Source: a virus (taxonomy: Duplodnaviria; Caudoviricetes). From it: 49,614 nt of DNA. How positions within the stretch are numbered: position 1 is the first letter of the stretch; every line of letters starts with the position of its first letter. The stretch is from the IMG/VR virus record IMGVR_UViG_3300033562_001124, positions 1 to 49,614 of that record; one strand, 5' to 3'. The notes beneath the pieces are model-generated. The model was not told where the DNA came from. It made no database searches and was given only the letters and a program-made list of their open reading frames with translations. Of the stretch, positions 7,683-16,536 are shown piece by piece. Made by a program: the position numbers and the translations under genes.

Positions 7683-9758
7683 ATGTCACTGACTGAAGAA
7701 CTAAGACCGAAAACATTAGATGAGGTTGTTGGTAATGAATCTAATGTCGAAACAATTAGTAGGATTTTAGAAAGACCGAAAAACAAAATACCCAAAGCTT
7801 GGTTGTTCATAGGTCAATCAGGCTGTGGAAAGACCACTTTTGCCCGCATTGTTGCTTCCGAACTTGGTTGTAGTGATATGGATTTTCATGAGTACAATTC
7901 AGCATTAGAAGATAAAGGTGTAAATGCTGTACGAAACATAAGACAAGTGGCACATCTGGCCCCAAGTTCTGGAGAGGTTAAAGTATTTTTCTTGGATGAA
8001 TGCTTTGACGGTAACTCTATGGTATCCACTATTAATGGGGATAAGAAAATAAAGGACATAAAGGTAGGTGAATCCTTATTTAATCTAAATGGGATTGACA
8101 AAGTTGAACATGTATTCAAGAACAAAGTGGAGTTAGGTCGAGTTGTAAAAGTAAATACTTCTGATGGAAAATCCACGTTTTGTTCTTCAGATCATTTATT
8201 TTACAAAGATTCGGAATGGATAAAATCAAAAGACTTGACAGGATTAGAACTCTTGCAATATGATTGTGATCAAATGAAACACATTATATCACAACACAAA
8301 GAGGGAGATTCTGAGTATGGGAAAAACTTGTCTAAACTGCGGAGATACATTAACTATAATAACCCGAACTTTCTGCTCAAACAGTTGTTCAGCTTTGTTT
8401 CGGGAAAAGAACAAACCAAAAATAATTTCCAAAACATACGAAATTATTTGCGAGAATTGCAAGATTCCATTCACCACAAACTCAAAGAGGATAAGGTTTT
8501 GTTCCCAAAGCTGTGTTGGGAAATGGAGAAATCAACAACCTTCTTTTCGGGAAAAAATGTATACGAAGGAAAGGAACGAAAAGGTAAAAAAGAAATTACT
8601 GATGTACCTTCAATCCAAAGAAGGATTAGAAAAACACCGGCGTTCTTCAGAGAGAATGAAATTAAACAACCCTGGATCGGATCCAATAATTCGTCAAAAG
8701 ATGAAAGCCACGAAACGAATAAACGGGACTTTGGATCCCTGGAAAAACAATCGTGGAGGGAATGGGAGGGGACTAACAGAACCACAAAGACTTCTATCTG
8801 TAGCTTTGGGATGGGAAACAGAGTTTGTAGTGAATACCTTGATGTGTGGAAACGGTTATCCCAATCATTACAAATTGGATATAGCAAATTCACTTCTAAA
8901 AATAGGAATAGAGGTAGATGGTCCAAGTCACAAATGGAGAATATCAGAGGACAAAAAGAAAACAGAACACCTAAAAAAATTAGGGTGGAAAGTGTTGAGA
9001 TTTACAAACGGGGAAGTAATGACAGATCTTTCGAAGGTGTTATTGGTGATCAAGAAAGAAATCAAGGATTCATCGAATTTTACGATTTGCAGATACAAGA
9101 AAATCCTTCTTACATAATCAATAATGTGATGGTTCATAATTGTCATATGATGACAAAACCTGCACAAGAAGGTATCCTAAAACTACTTGAATCCCCACCG
9201 AAGAACACATTCTTTTTTCTATGCACTACGAATCCGGAATCATTAATCCCTACACTGAAGGGCCGATGTGCTTTGTTTCAAGTTTTTCCAAACACTTCTA
9301 AAAAGATCTTCAAGTATTTAAAAAGGGTTTGTAAGAATGAAGATTTCAATGTTGAGGAAGATGTCCTGAAGAAGATAACACAAAGCTGTAACGGTGCAAT
9401 GAGAACAGCGGTCATGCTTCTTGATATGGTTAAAGATCTGGAAGATGAAACAACCATCAATGCAATAATTGATTCTGGTGGTGCTGTTGAAGATATGGAG
9501 ATCATTGAAATAGCCAAGGTACTTTTGTTTAACGATCAAGATGCTAAAGTTAAATGGAAAATGATATCTCCAATCTTAAAAAAATACAAGAAAGATTCTG
9601 AATCATCCCGTATTCAGTTACGGGAATATATCAATGCGGTTCTTTTAAATTCTGGAAGCAGTAAACATGCAAATGTTCTGGCTTGTTTCGTTGATAATTA
9701 CTTTTCCGCTGGATCTGCTGGATTAACTCTATCTTGCTATCATGCTTGTAAAGCATAG
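7683..9758 (+). CDS. dnaX: DnaX (gamma/tau)-like clamp loader AAA+ ATPase, intein-containing (about 311 aa after splicing)
   Basis: RPKTLDEVVG, Walker A GQSGCGKT, Walker B FFLDE|CH, LLKxxE-like GILKLLE, CTT, GRC, G.MR. Confidence 0.9.
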   Translation: MSLTEELRPKTLDEVVGNESNVETISRILERPKNKIPKAWLFIGQSGCGKTTFARIVASELGCSDMDFHEYNSALEDKGVNAVRNIRQVAHLAPSSGEVKVFFLDECFDGNSMVSTINGDKKIKDIKVGESLFNLNGIDKVEHVFKNKVELGRVVKVNTSDGKSTFCSSDHLFYKDSEWIKSKDLTGLELLQYDCDQMKHIISQHKEGDSEYGKNLSKLRRYINYNNPNFLLKQLFSFVSGKEQTKNNFQNIRNYLRELQDSIHHKLKEDKVLFPKLCWEMEKSTTFFSGKNVYEGKERKGKKEITDVPSIQRRIRKTPAFFRENEIKQPWIGSNNSSKDESHETNKRDFGSLEKQSWREWEGTNRTTKTSICSFGMGNRVCSEYLDVWKRLSQSLQIGYSKFTSKNRNRGRWSKSQMENIRGQKENRTPKKIRVESVEIYKRGSNDRSFEGVIGDQERNQGFIEFYDLQIQENPSYIINNVMVHNCHMMTKPAQEGILKLLESPPKNTFFFLCTTNPESLIPTLKGRCALFQVFPNTSKKIFKYLKRVCKNEDFNVEEDVLKKITQSCNGAMRTAVMLLDMVKDLEDETTINAIIDSGGAVEDMEIIEIAKVLLFNDQDAKVKWKMISPILKKYKKDSESSRIQLREYINAVLLNSGSSKHANVLACFVDNYFSAGSAGLTLSCYHACKA
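8235..8264 (+). promoter_or_regulatory. Internal sigma70-type promoter inside the intein
   Basis: TTGACA (8235-8240)-N18-TATGAT (8259-8264), about 50 nt upstream of nested ATG 8317; SD GAGGGAG at 8301-8307. Confidence 0.6.
8317..9117 (+). CDS. Putative homing endonuclease (two zinc fingers plus DUF559/Vsr-like nuclease) nested in the +1 frame of the intein
   Basis: CLNC..FCSNSC and CENC..FCSQSC; YKLDIA...IGIEVDGPSH...D.KK..HL..LGWKVLRFTN.EV; own SD and ATG. Confidence 0.85.
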   Translation: MGKTCLNCGDTLTIITRTFCSNSCSALFREKNKPKIISKTYEIICENCKIPFTTNSKRIRFCSQSCVGKWRNQQPSFREKMYTKERNEKVKKKLLMYLQSKEGLEKHRRSSERMKLNNPGSDPIIRQKMKATKRINGTLDPWKNNRGGNGRGLTEPQRLLSVALGWETEFVVNTLMCGNGYPNHYKLDIANSLLKIGIEVDGPSHKWRISEDKKKTEHLKKLGWKVLRFTNGEVMTDLSKVLLVIKKEIKDSSNFTICRYKKILLT

Positions 9759-9818
9759 TCAGATATTGATTATTTTTATTTGAAGCGGAGAAACGATATT
9801 TAACAAGTGGAGAATACA

Positions 9819-10355
9819 ATGTCTGAAGAAATTGATATTGAAGAAACTTCATACGAACAAGATATCAAGATTGATATCTGGAAACTTGAAGAAGAATGGA
9901 TGTATCAGCCATCAAGATTCCAAAAGTATGCAAAGATTTTGTCTAATAAAATCTGGGACAGAGATCGAATGAAACAAAGGATTGAAATTGCCAGATCTAA
10001 AATAGATAAAAGAATAAGAAAGAATCCAAGTGATTATGGTTTAGAGAAAGCAACCGATTCGGCTGTTGTTGCAATTATCAATACTGATAAAGAGATAAGG
10101 CAATTAAACAAGGATCTTAATCGCCTTAATTATGAAGTAAACAGATACGGTGGAATCAAAAGTTCTTTTGAACAAAAGAAGTCGGCACTTGAATACCTCA
10201 CAAGATTATATCTTGCTGGTTATTTTGCTGACAGAAAAACAATTTCTGAAAAGGAGTTTGACAAGGAAAATAAAAACAAATTGCAAGAACGTATTATTAA
10301 TGATTTGGATGATGAAATGCAACCCAAAAAACGAACAAAGATAAAGGAGAAGTAA
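9819..10355 (+). CDS. Helical protein, possibly UvsY-like recombination mediator
   Basis: GGAG SD before ATG 9819; coiled-coil character; located before SSB and RecA. Confidence 0.45.
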   Translation: MSEEIDIEETSYEQDIKIDIWKLEEEWMYQPSRFQKYAKILSNKIWDRDRMKQRIEIARSKIDKRIRKNPSDYGLEKATDSAVVAIINTDKEIRQLNKDLNRLNYEVNRYGGIKSSFEQKKSALEYLTRLYLAGYFADRKTISEKEFDKENKNKLQERIINDLDDEMQPKKRTKIKEK

Positions 10356-10359
10356 AACA

Positions 10360-11823
10360 ATGGCTAAAAACAATAAAAAGAAGTTCTCATTTGATGAAGA
10401 TGAATTGGCAGAACGTACCGAAGAATCTATGCGTAGAAAAGATGATTCTTCCAAATTCCGGACATACATTGTGGGACATCCCCTTCCCCGTTGGAAACCG
10501 AAAGAAGGTGATCATGTTATTGATATTCTTCCTTTCTTCGCCGGTTCAAATCATCCTACTCTGAAAGAAGGAAAAGCCACATACTTGCTTGATCTTTGGG
10601 TTCATCAAAGAATCGGTGCTGGTAAAAACAATTACATCTGCCCGCTTCTCAACTACAAGAAGCCTTGCCCGATCTGTGAAGAACTTGAAAGAATGTCGAA
10701 AGATGATGAATACACAGAAGAGGAATTGAAGGAGCTTAGTGCAAAACGCCGGGTGGTGTACTATGTTATCAGCTACGATTCCCACAAAGATGAAAAAATT
10801 GGTCCTCAGTGGTGGGAAGTTTCTCATCATTATACTGAGAACAACATTCTTGCTGTGGCCAAAAACAAGAAAACTGGTGGTACAGTTCCCTTCAGTTCCC
10901 CCACTAAGGGGAAGAATATTGAATTCACTATTGAGGGTAAAGGCACAAATACCAAATACGTCGGATTCACACTTTCCAAAAGATCTGGAAGCGTTGATGA
11001 AGAAATGTGTGCTGAACTTCCGGCCCTCGATGAATTCATCGAAGTTCTTTCTTATGAGGATCTGAAAATTGCATTTGAAGGTCCCGACGATGATGAGGAA
11101 TCTTCGAAAAAATCAAAGAAGAAACCTCTGAAGAAAATCGGTAAGAAATCATCCAAAGATGACGATGATGACGACGAGGATGATGACGATGATGAACCGG
11201 TTAAGAAGAAAGCACCGAAGAAATCATCCAAGAAAGTCGAGGATGATGACGATGATGAGGACGATGACGATGATGAACCGGTTAAAAAGAAATCATCAAA
11301 GAAATCATCCAAAGATGATGACGATGATGACGATGACGACGATGATGATGAACCGGTGAAAAAGAAAGCTGGTAAAAAAGTCGTTAAGAAATCATCCAAA
11401 GATGACGATGATGACGACGAGGATGATGACGACGAGGATGATGAACCAGTGAAAAAGAAATCATCCAAAAAGATCGTTAAGAAATCATCCAAAGATGACG
11501 ATGATGACGATGATGATGACGATGACGACGATGATGAACCGGTGAAAAAGAAAGTCACCAAGAAATCATCCAAAGATGATGACGAGGATGATGACTTGGA
11601 TGAGGACGAAGAAGAGGACGAAAAACCCAAGAAAAAATCATCCAAAAAGATCGTTAAGAAATCATCCAAGAAAGACGATGATGAGGACGACGATGATGAT
11701 GACGACGATGAACCGGTTAAAAAGAAAACAAAGAAGGCCAGTAAAAAGATCAACACAGGTGTGAAGATCAAAAAGAAATCCAAGAAAGATGACGATGATG
11801 ACGATGACGACGAGGATGACTGA
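10360..11823 (+). CDS. Single-stranded DNA-binding protein (gp32-like) with a long Asp/Lys repeat tail
   Basis: H...CP...CPICE putative zinc site, acidic C-terminus, located before recA. Confidence 0.65.
   Translation: MAKNNKKKFSFDEDELAERTEESMRRKDDSSKFRTYIVGHPLPRWKPKEGDHVIDILPFFAGSNHPTLKEGKATYLLDLWVHQRIGAGKNNYICPLLNYKKPCPICEELERMSKDDEYTEEELKELSAKRRVVYYVISYDSHKDEKIGPQWWEVSHHYTENNILAVAKNKKTGGTVPFSSPTKGKNIEFTIEGKGTNTKYVGFTLSKRSGSVDEEMCAELPALDEFIEVLSYEDLKIAFEGPDDDEESSKKSKKKPLKKIGKKSSKDDDDDDEDDDDDEPVKKKAPKKSSKKVEDDDDDEDDDDDEPVKKKSSKKSSKDDDDDDDDDDDDEPVKKKAGKKVVKKSSKDDDDDDEDDDDEDDEPVKKKSSKKIVKKSSKDDDDDDDDDDDDDDEPVKKKVTKKSSKDDDEDDDLDEDEEEDEKPKKKSSKKIVKKSSKKDDDEDDDDDDDDEPVKKKTKKASKKINTGVKIKKKSKKDDDDDDDDEDD
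11140..11820 (+). repeat. About 8 imperfect coding repeats of the type KKSSK-(D/E)n-EPVKKK
   Basis: Recurring aagaaatcatccaaagatgacgatgat...gaaccggt units. Confidence 0.9.
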
Positions 11824-11883
11824 TTTAAAGTTATCTGAATTTAATCGTCGGTATGATGATGACATTCCTTTCTAACTGATCGA

Positions 11884-11917
11884 AAAGTGGGAGGTAAAAC
11901 TCCCACTTTATTAATTT
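11884..11917 (+). terminator. Hairpin, probable intrinsic terminator or processing site after SSB
   Basis: AAAGTGGGAG-GTAAAA-CTCCCACTTT then an AT-rich tract. Confidence 0.6.
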
Positions 11918-11932
11918 CAACGGAGATTTGTA

Positions 11933-12976
11933 ATGGCTAAAAAGATTGAAATTCCATTAAAGAAGAAAAAGAAAGATATCTTGGAAGAACAAGAGGCTTC
12001 ACTTGATGTTCCTGATTTCATATATATTCCACTTGAGCATAAAAAGTTAGTATCCACAGGCAGTACTTTGATTGATCTTGAGATTTCCGGAGGTAGAGTC
12101 AGGGGTGGTGGAATGCCTGGTGGAGTACTTGTTGAATTCTCTGGTCCATCTTCTTCTGGCAAAACTGCACTTCTTGTTGAAATCGGTGTGTCTGTTCAGA
12201 ATAAAGGTGGGGAAGTTGATATTGCTGATCCCGAAGGTAGACTTGATAGACAGTTTTCTAAACTTCGGTTTGGTCTTGATATCGAAAAAGGTCATTACTC
12301 AAGACCTGACACGGTAGAAGAAGTGTTTAATCTCATTGAAAAATGGGAACCAGAAAACAAGAAGAAGGTCAGTATGTTCGGATGTGATTCGATTGCTGCT
12401 TTGTCTACTGAAATGGAAATGGGTGAAGGTGACAAACGTGGACAAAAGAAAGCAAAAGATCTTGCTTCTGGTTTAAGAAAAGTGGCAAGAAAGATTTCAA
12501 AGAATAATAAACTGATCATCTTCACAAACCATGAGAAAGACGGTGAGTATGGTAAAACTACTCCCGGTGGTAAAGCTGTTGGTTTTCATGCTTCTCTGAG
12601 AATGAGGGTTGCAAAGAAAGCTACAATTGAGAAAGAAAAAAAGTTTCATGGTAAAACAATAAAGAAGAAAATTGGTATTCTTACTGACGTTACTATCTTG
12701 AAAACATCTGTTGATAACGAGGGACGTACTGTTCAGATGTATATCATTCACGGTGTTGGCATAGATGATGTCCGGGCAAATCTTCAATACATAAAAGATA
12801 ATCTTGGTCTAAATAAATATGATGCTTGTGGTAAGGAATTCAAATCAATGGATGCGGCTATCAAGTACATTGAAGAAAATGATCTGGAATCAGAACTTCG
12901 TGAAAAAGTAATTGACTTGTGGGAAGAAATTGAAATGGTTTTCAGACCACAAAGAAAACCGAAAGTGAGGTTCTGA
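11933..12976 (+). CDS. recA: RecA/UvsX-like recombinase
   Basis: STGS..IDL, GPSSSGKT, DPE, DSIAAL, TPGGKAVGFHAS.R. Confidence 0.92.
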   Translation: MAKKIEIPLKKKKKDILEEQEASLDVPDFIYIPLEHKKLVSTGSTLIDLEISGGRVRGGGMPGGVLVEFSGPSSSGKTALLVEIGVSVQNKGGEVDIADPEGRLDRQFSKLRFGLDIEKGHYSRPDTVEEVFNLIEKWEPENKKKVSMFGCDSIAALSTEMEMGEGDKRGQKKAKDLASGLRKVARKISKNNKLIIFTNHEKDGEYGKTTPGGKAVGFHASLRMRVAKKATIEKEKKFHGKTIKKKIGILTDVTILKTSVDNEGRTVQMYIIHGVGIDDVRANLQYIKDNLGLNKYDACGKEFKSMDAAIKYIEENDLESELREKVIDLWEEIEMVFRPQRKPKVRF

Positions 12977-13347
12977 TGAGTTTTCCAGTGGGAACAAAAG
13001 CTTGGGTATCCGAAGATTGTTTCTGGATTAAAGGTTCTGATAATTATTGGCATTACAATGGAACAAGAAGACTTGGATATCCACCCAATACTTTAATTTT
13101 TAAACAACCGAGAAGGGATGACAAACATGAGCAAATATACAGAGAGAGAGTAACGGTTGAGATTGAAAAGACTATTCAACAAAGTCAATTTGAACCTTTG
13201 AAAATTAAAATCGGATTAACTGTTGATGTTCCTGAAGGTGATGATTTCTCCACCGTCATTGAAGAAGTTCATGAGGTTTTACATGAAGATCTGAAAAATC
13301 TTTTTAAGAAACATGGTATATCAAAGAAGTACCGGGAGAACATATGA
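12976..13347 (+). CDS. Hypothetical protein
   Basis: TGATG and ATGA coupling on both sides. Confidence 0.6.
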   Translation: MSFPVGTKAWVSEDCFWIKGSDNYWHYNGTRRLGYPPNTLIFKQPRRDDKHEQIYRERVTVEIEKTIQQSQFEPLKIKIGLTVDVPEGDDFSTVIEEVHEVLHEDLKNLFKKHGISKKYRENI

Positions 13348-14198
13348 GCAAGCCGACACTGATTATAGATAGCTCGTTTCTATGTTACCGAGCAAAGTTT
13401 ACTAAATTCAAGGTTGGTAAAGAAGTACCTGGTGGTGTTATACTTGGATTCTTATATGACTTAGGAACACTTGCTCGGGTGTTTAATACTGACCGTTTCA
13501 TGTTTTTCTGGGATAGTAAAAAATCAGTGAGGAAAGAGATCTTTCCTGAGTACAAAGAAAAAAGAAAAACGGATAGGGACAATAAGACTAAAGAAGAAAA
13601 AGAGAATGACCGTCAAGCTTATAAACAGTTTGACATTTTGAGAACAGAAATAATTCCTGGTGCTGGGTTTAAAAATAACTTCAGACAAAAAGGATACGAA
13701 TCTGATGATCTGATGGCTCGATACGTCATGGAGTCTGGCAGAAAGATGATCATGGTGACACGGGATGCCGATATGCTGCAAATCCTTGATTACTGTGATA
13801 TCTTCGATCTAACTTCGAACATAATTCATAAGAAAGAAAACTTTATGGCTTCTTATGGAATAGCTCCAACACAATGGGCAGAAGTCAAAGCGATTGCCGG
13901 ATGTAAAAGTGATGCTGTTCCAGGTGTTGTTGGGATAGGTGAAACAAGAGCTATTGCTTATCTCCGAAAGAAATTGAAAACAGATTCAAAAGCTTACCAA
14001 GATATTGAAAAATCAAAGAAGCTTATAAAAAGAAATAGACTGCTGGTTAAATTACCATATGAAGGTACTAAACTGGTTAAATATAAAAAGCATGAGTTTT
14101 GTTGTGCTGACCTAAGAAGTGCTTTGGCCCAACATGACCTTGTATTGGAGAGGGATCAGTTGAAATTTTGGCGGAACTTTGAGGCGGGGTTGTTTTAA
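13344..14198 (+). CDS. 5'-3' exonuclease / flap endonuclease
   Basis: LIID, FWD, R...YK..R, GYESDD, DADMLQ, SDAVPGV.GIGE H3TH motif. Confidence 0.92.
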   Translation: MSKPTLIIDSSFLCYRAKFTKFKVGKEVPGGVILGFLYDLGTLARVFNTDRFMFFWDSKKSVRKEIFPEYKEKRKTDRDNKTKEEKENDRQAYKQFDILRTEIIPGAGFKNNFRQKGYESDDLMARYVMESGRKMIMVTRDADMLQILDYCDIFDLTSNIIHKKENFMASYGIAPTQWAEVKAIAGCKSDAVPGVVGIGETRAIAYLRKKLKTDSKAYQDIEKSKKLIKRNRLLVKLPYEGTKLVKYKKHEFCCADLRSALAQHDLVLERDQLKFWRNFEAGLF

Positions 14199-14199
14199 G

Positions 14200-14475
14200 A
14201 TGGCACCAAAAAGAAGTGATAGGACTGCACCATTGATTAAAGCATGTTGCACTTGTTCATGGATTTACAGAGTAGGTAAAACATGTCCAATGTGTGGAAG
14301 CTGTGACTTTGCAGTAGCTCATTCAGTATTCGGTAAAAACTATTTTACTAATTTCAGAAACCAAAATGCGTGGTTGGAAAAACAAATGGAATCACACAAG
14401 AAGGAATTGCTCTTGAAACTGGAATTAGAAAATGAGTACTTCGATTTCAAAGATGGAAAGGAAATGGAATTATGA
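14200..14475 (+). CDS. Small zinc-ribbon protein
   Basis: CCTC...CPMC; ATG 14200. Confidence 0.55.
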   Translation: MAPKRSDRTAPLIKACCTCSWIYRVGKTCPMCGSCDFAVAHSVFGKNYFTNFRNQNAWLEKQMESHKKELLLKLELENEYFDFKDGKEMEL

Positions 14476-14846
14476 AGGAAATGACAAAGATTCCAATGAC
14501 AAAGGTTTTAGTTATTGATGATGATATGGATGTATCTAAAGGCGGTGAATTATATTCTTCTTACACAAAAGCACATCCCGACAATGCTCACCATTTCATT
14601 GACTTGTATATCTTGAATATGGGTGAACTTGATTTTGAAAAATACGATCCTCTGTACATACTGACTATGGATCAATTCATTACGATTCAAGGTATCCCGA
14701 CACCGTTAGAAGGTTTTGGAGAAACTTTGTATCATGAAACTTGGAACGAAATCAAAGAATACTCAATCAGAGTTATAACGGAGAGAAGCAATGAACTTGC
14801 CCAAAAAAGTGAAAAAGAGGATTACATCGAGATCAGGGAAGAATAA
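14472..14846 (+). CDS. Hypothetical protein
   Basis: ATGA coupling. Confidence 0.6.
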   Translation: MKEMTKIPMTKVLVIDDDMDVSKGGELYSSYTKAHPDNAHHFIDLYILNMGELDFEKYDPLYILTMDQFITIQGIPTPLEGFGETLYHETWNEIKEYSIRVITERSNELAQKSEKEDYIEIREE

Positions 14847-15207
14847 AGGCAAAAGGCTTCAAAAGCTTGTTGCTGATATGCTTTCTGAGATAACCGGTGT
14901 ACCAAATGGTAAAGATGAAATGATTGAGAGCCGAGAATCAGGACAAGCTGGTGTCGATGTTAAGATAATCGGTTACATGAAAAAGATTATTCCTCTTGCT
15001 ATTGAGTGTAAAAATCAAGAGAAGTGGAATGTTCATGCTTGGGTTGATCAAGCAATATTCAATCAAGACATTGATAATGACTGGGTTCTTGTCTGTAAGA
15101 GAAACCGGAAATCCCCGGTGGTTATTATCTCTTTTGAATTCTTCACCAAATTAATGAAGCTGTTTGTTAAAAAGAATATTAGAAAGATGAATAAGGAGAA
15201 GTCATGA
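14791..15207 (+). CDS. Holliday junction resolvase-like PD-(D/E)xK nuclease
   Basis: KNKGKR.Q, G.DV, IECKNQE. Confidence 0.75.
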   Translation: MNLPKKVKKRITSRSGKNKGKRLQKLVADMLSEITGVPNGKDEMIESRESGQAGVDVKIIGYMKKIIPLAIECKNQEKWNVHAWVDQAIFNQDIDNDWVLVCKRNRKSPVVIISFEFFTKLMKLFVKKNIRKMNKEKS

Positions 15208-16526
15208 TCCCTGAAAAAAAGATATACATGATACTGAACAGGCTTGAAGAAAATCCAAGTACCACAAACAAAAAGCTTTTATTGAAGAAGTATGCAGACT
15301 TTGTGGAATGGAAAGAATACTTGAAACTTTCATTGTCTCCACAATTCAGTTTTAATGTAAAGAAGATCCCAAAAGTTAAAAAGGATCTATTCTCTGACCA
15401 GTATGAATGGGATGACATCATACTCACATTAAGATCCTTCTCAGAAAAATCTGGTCTTTCAGATCAGGAGAAAAATAAGCTTGGTGAAATGTGTGATACT
15501 CCTCTTCGCCATGATCTCATTTCACGTCTTGTCAAAAAGAACTTGAAATGTGGTATAAGCACCAAGCTTGTTAACTCTGTTTATCCCGATCTGATTGAAA
15601 TGGTTCCGTATCAAAGATGTTCATTAATTGAAAATCTTGATCGAATCAAATTTCCAGCAAGACTTGAAATGAAAGAAGATGGACAATTCGCTTACGCCAT
15701 TATAAAAGACACAATAAAGTTTGTTACAAGGACTGGTAAATTAATACCAATTACAAACGAATCAGTATTAGAGGAACTACAAGACCTTTACAAATTGTAT
15801 GATGAGTCAATAGTTCTTGTTGGTGAACTTCGAATGAAAGATTCCTCTGGTGCATACCTTGACAGAAAAACAAGCAATGGTCTTTTTAACTCACTTGCCC
15901 AAGGTTCAGATATTCCACAGGAAAATATACATTACATTATTTGGGACATCTTGTTTTACCATGAATATTTAAAGAAGCAATGCAAAAGACCGTTACAAAA
16001 TAGGGTACATGATCTGAAAGAATTGAAAATCTTTTCACACTTACATCGTATTATTGGCTCTAAAGTGAATTCAATCGAAGAGGTTTACGAAATCACTGAA
16101 GAATGGATGACTGAAGGTGAAGAAGGTTCAGTTCTGAAAGATTATTCTTCTACGTGGAAAGATCACACATGTCCTCTGTGGATTAAGATTAAAGCGGAAA
16201 AAGAATGTGAACTCCGTATTACTGGTTGGGAGTATGCTGAAGAGGGAAGCAAGTACGATGAGATGATGGGAGCTGTCATTTGTGAATCAGAAGAAGGAAA
16301 ATTAAAAGTTCGTGTATCTGGATTTAATGATAAAGAAAGATTATGGAACTGGGATGAACACATCGGTAAAATTATAACCGTAAAATTCAATGAAATCATT
16401 GATTCAAAAAGTAAAAAGGAAGCAAGTCTATTCTTGCCAAGAGTTTCAAAGAAGAAAGGAACTTTTGTCGAATTCAGGCACGACAAAAACAAAGCTGATA
16501 CTTTTTCATACATTAAAAAACTTTAA
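15204..16526 (+). CDS. ATP-dependent DNA ligase
   Basis: KEDG motif I, VGEL, IWD, EGSVLK, W.KIK, LFLPR. Confidence 0.93.
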   Translation: MIPEKKIYMILNRLEENPSTTNKKLLLKKYADFVEWKEYLKLSLSPQFSFNVKKIPKVKKDLFSDQYEWDDIILTLRSFSEKSGLSDQEKNKLGEMCDTPLRHDLISRLVKKNLKCGISTKLVNSVYPDLIEMVPYQRCSLIENLDRIKFPARLEMKEDGQFAYAIIKDTIKFVTRTGKLIPITNESVLEELQDLYKLYDESIVLVGELRMKDSSGAYLDRKTSNGLFNSLAQGSDIPQENIHYIIWDILFYHEYLKKQCKRPLQNRVHDLKELKIFSHLHRIIGSKVNSIEEVYEITEEWMTEGEEGSVLKDYSSTWKDHTCPLWIKIKAEKECELRITGWEYAEEGSKYDEMMGAVICESEEGKLKVRVSGFNDKERLWNWDEHIGKIITVKFNEIIDSKSKKEASLFLPRVSKKKGTFVEFRHDKNKADTFSYIKKL

Positions 16527-16536
16527 GGAGAACACA

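Larger units (their letters stand above)
8001..9140 (+). mobile_element. Intein (380 aa) inserted right after Walker B
   Basis: Begins CFDGNS, block B FCSSDHLF, block F FYDLQI, ends MVHN followed by Cys+1; removal restores LDECHMMT. Confidence 0.95.

Noticed and set aside
8471-8926. 151-aa antisense ORF in the intein as a third overlapping gene
   Set aside because: No recognisable motifs; likely a by-product of the dual-coding constraint
8278-9117. Sequencing frameshifts as the cause of the out-of-frame endonuclease
   Set aside because: The intein frame is itself uninterrupted, and the nested ORF has its own SD, ATG and stop
11052-11783. 243-aa poly-Ser antisense ORF and the Met/Thr-rich shifted-frame ORFs
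   Set aside because: Shadows of the GAT/GAC/AAG repeat, which lacks stops in other frames
11140-11820. Repeat array as a possible CRISPR
   Set aside because: Imperfect in-frame coding repeats with no unique spacers and no cas genes
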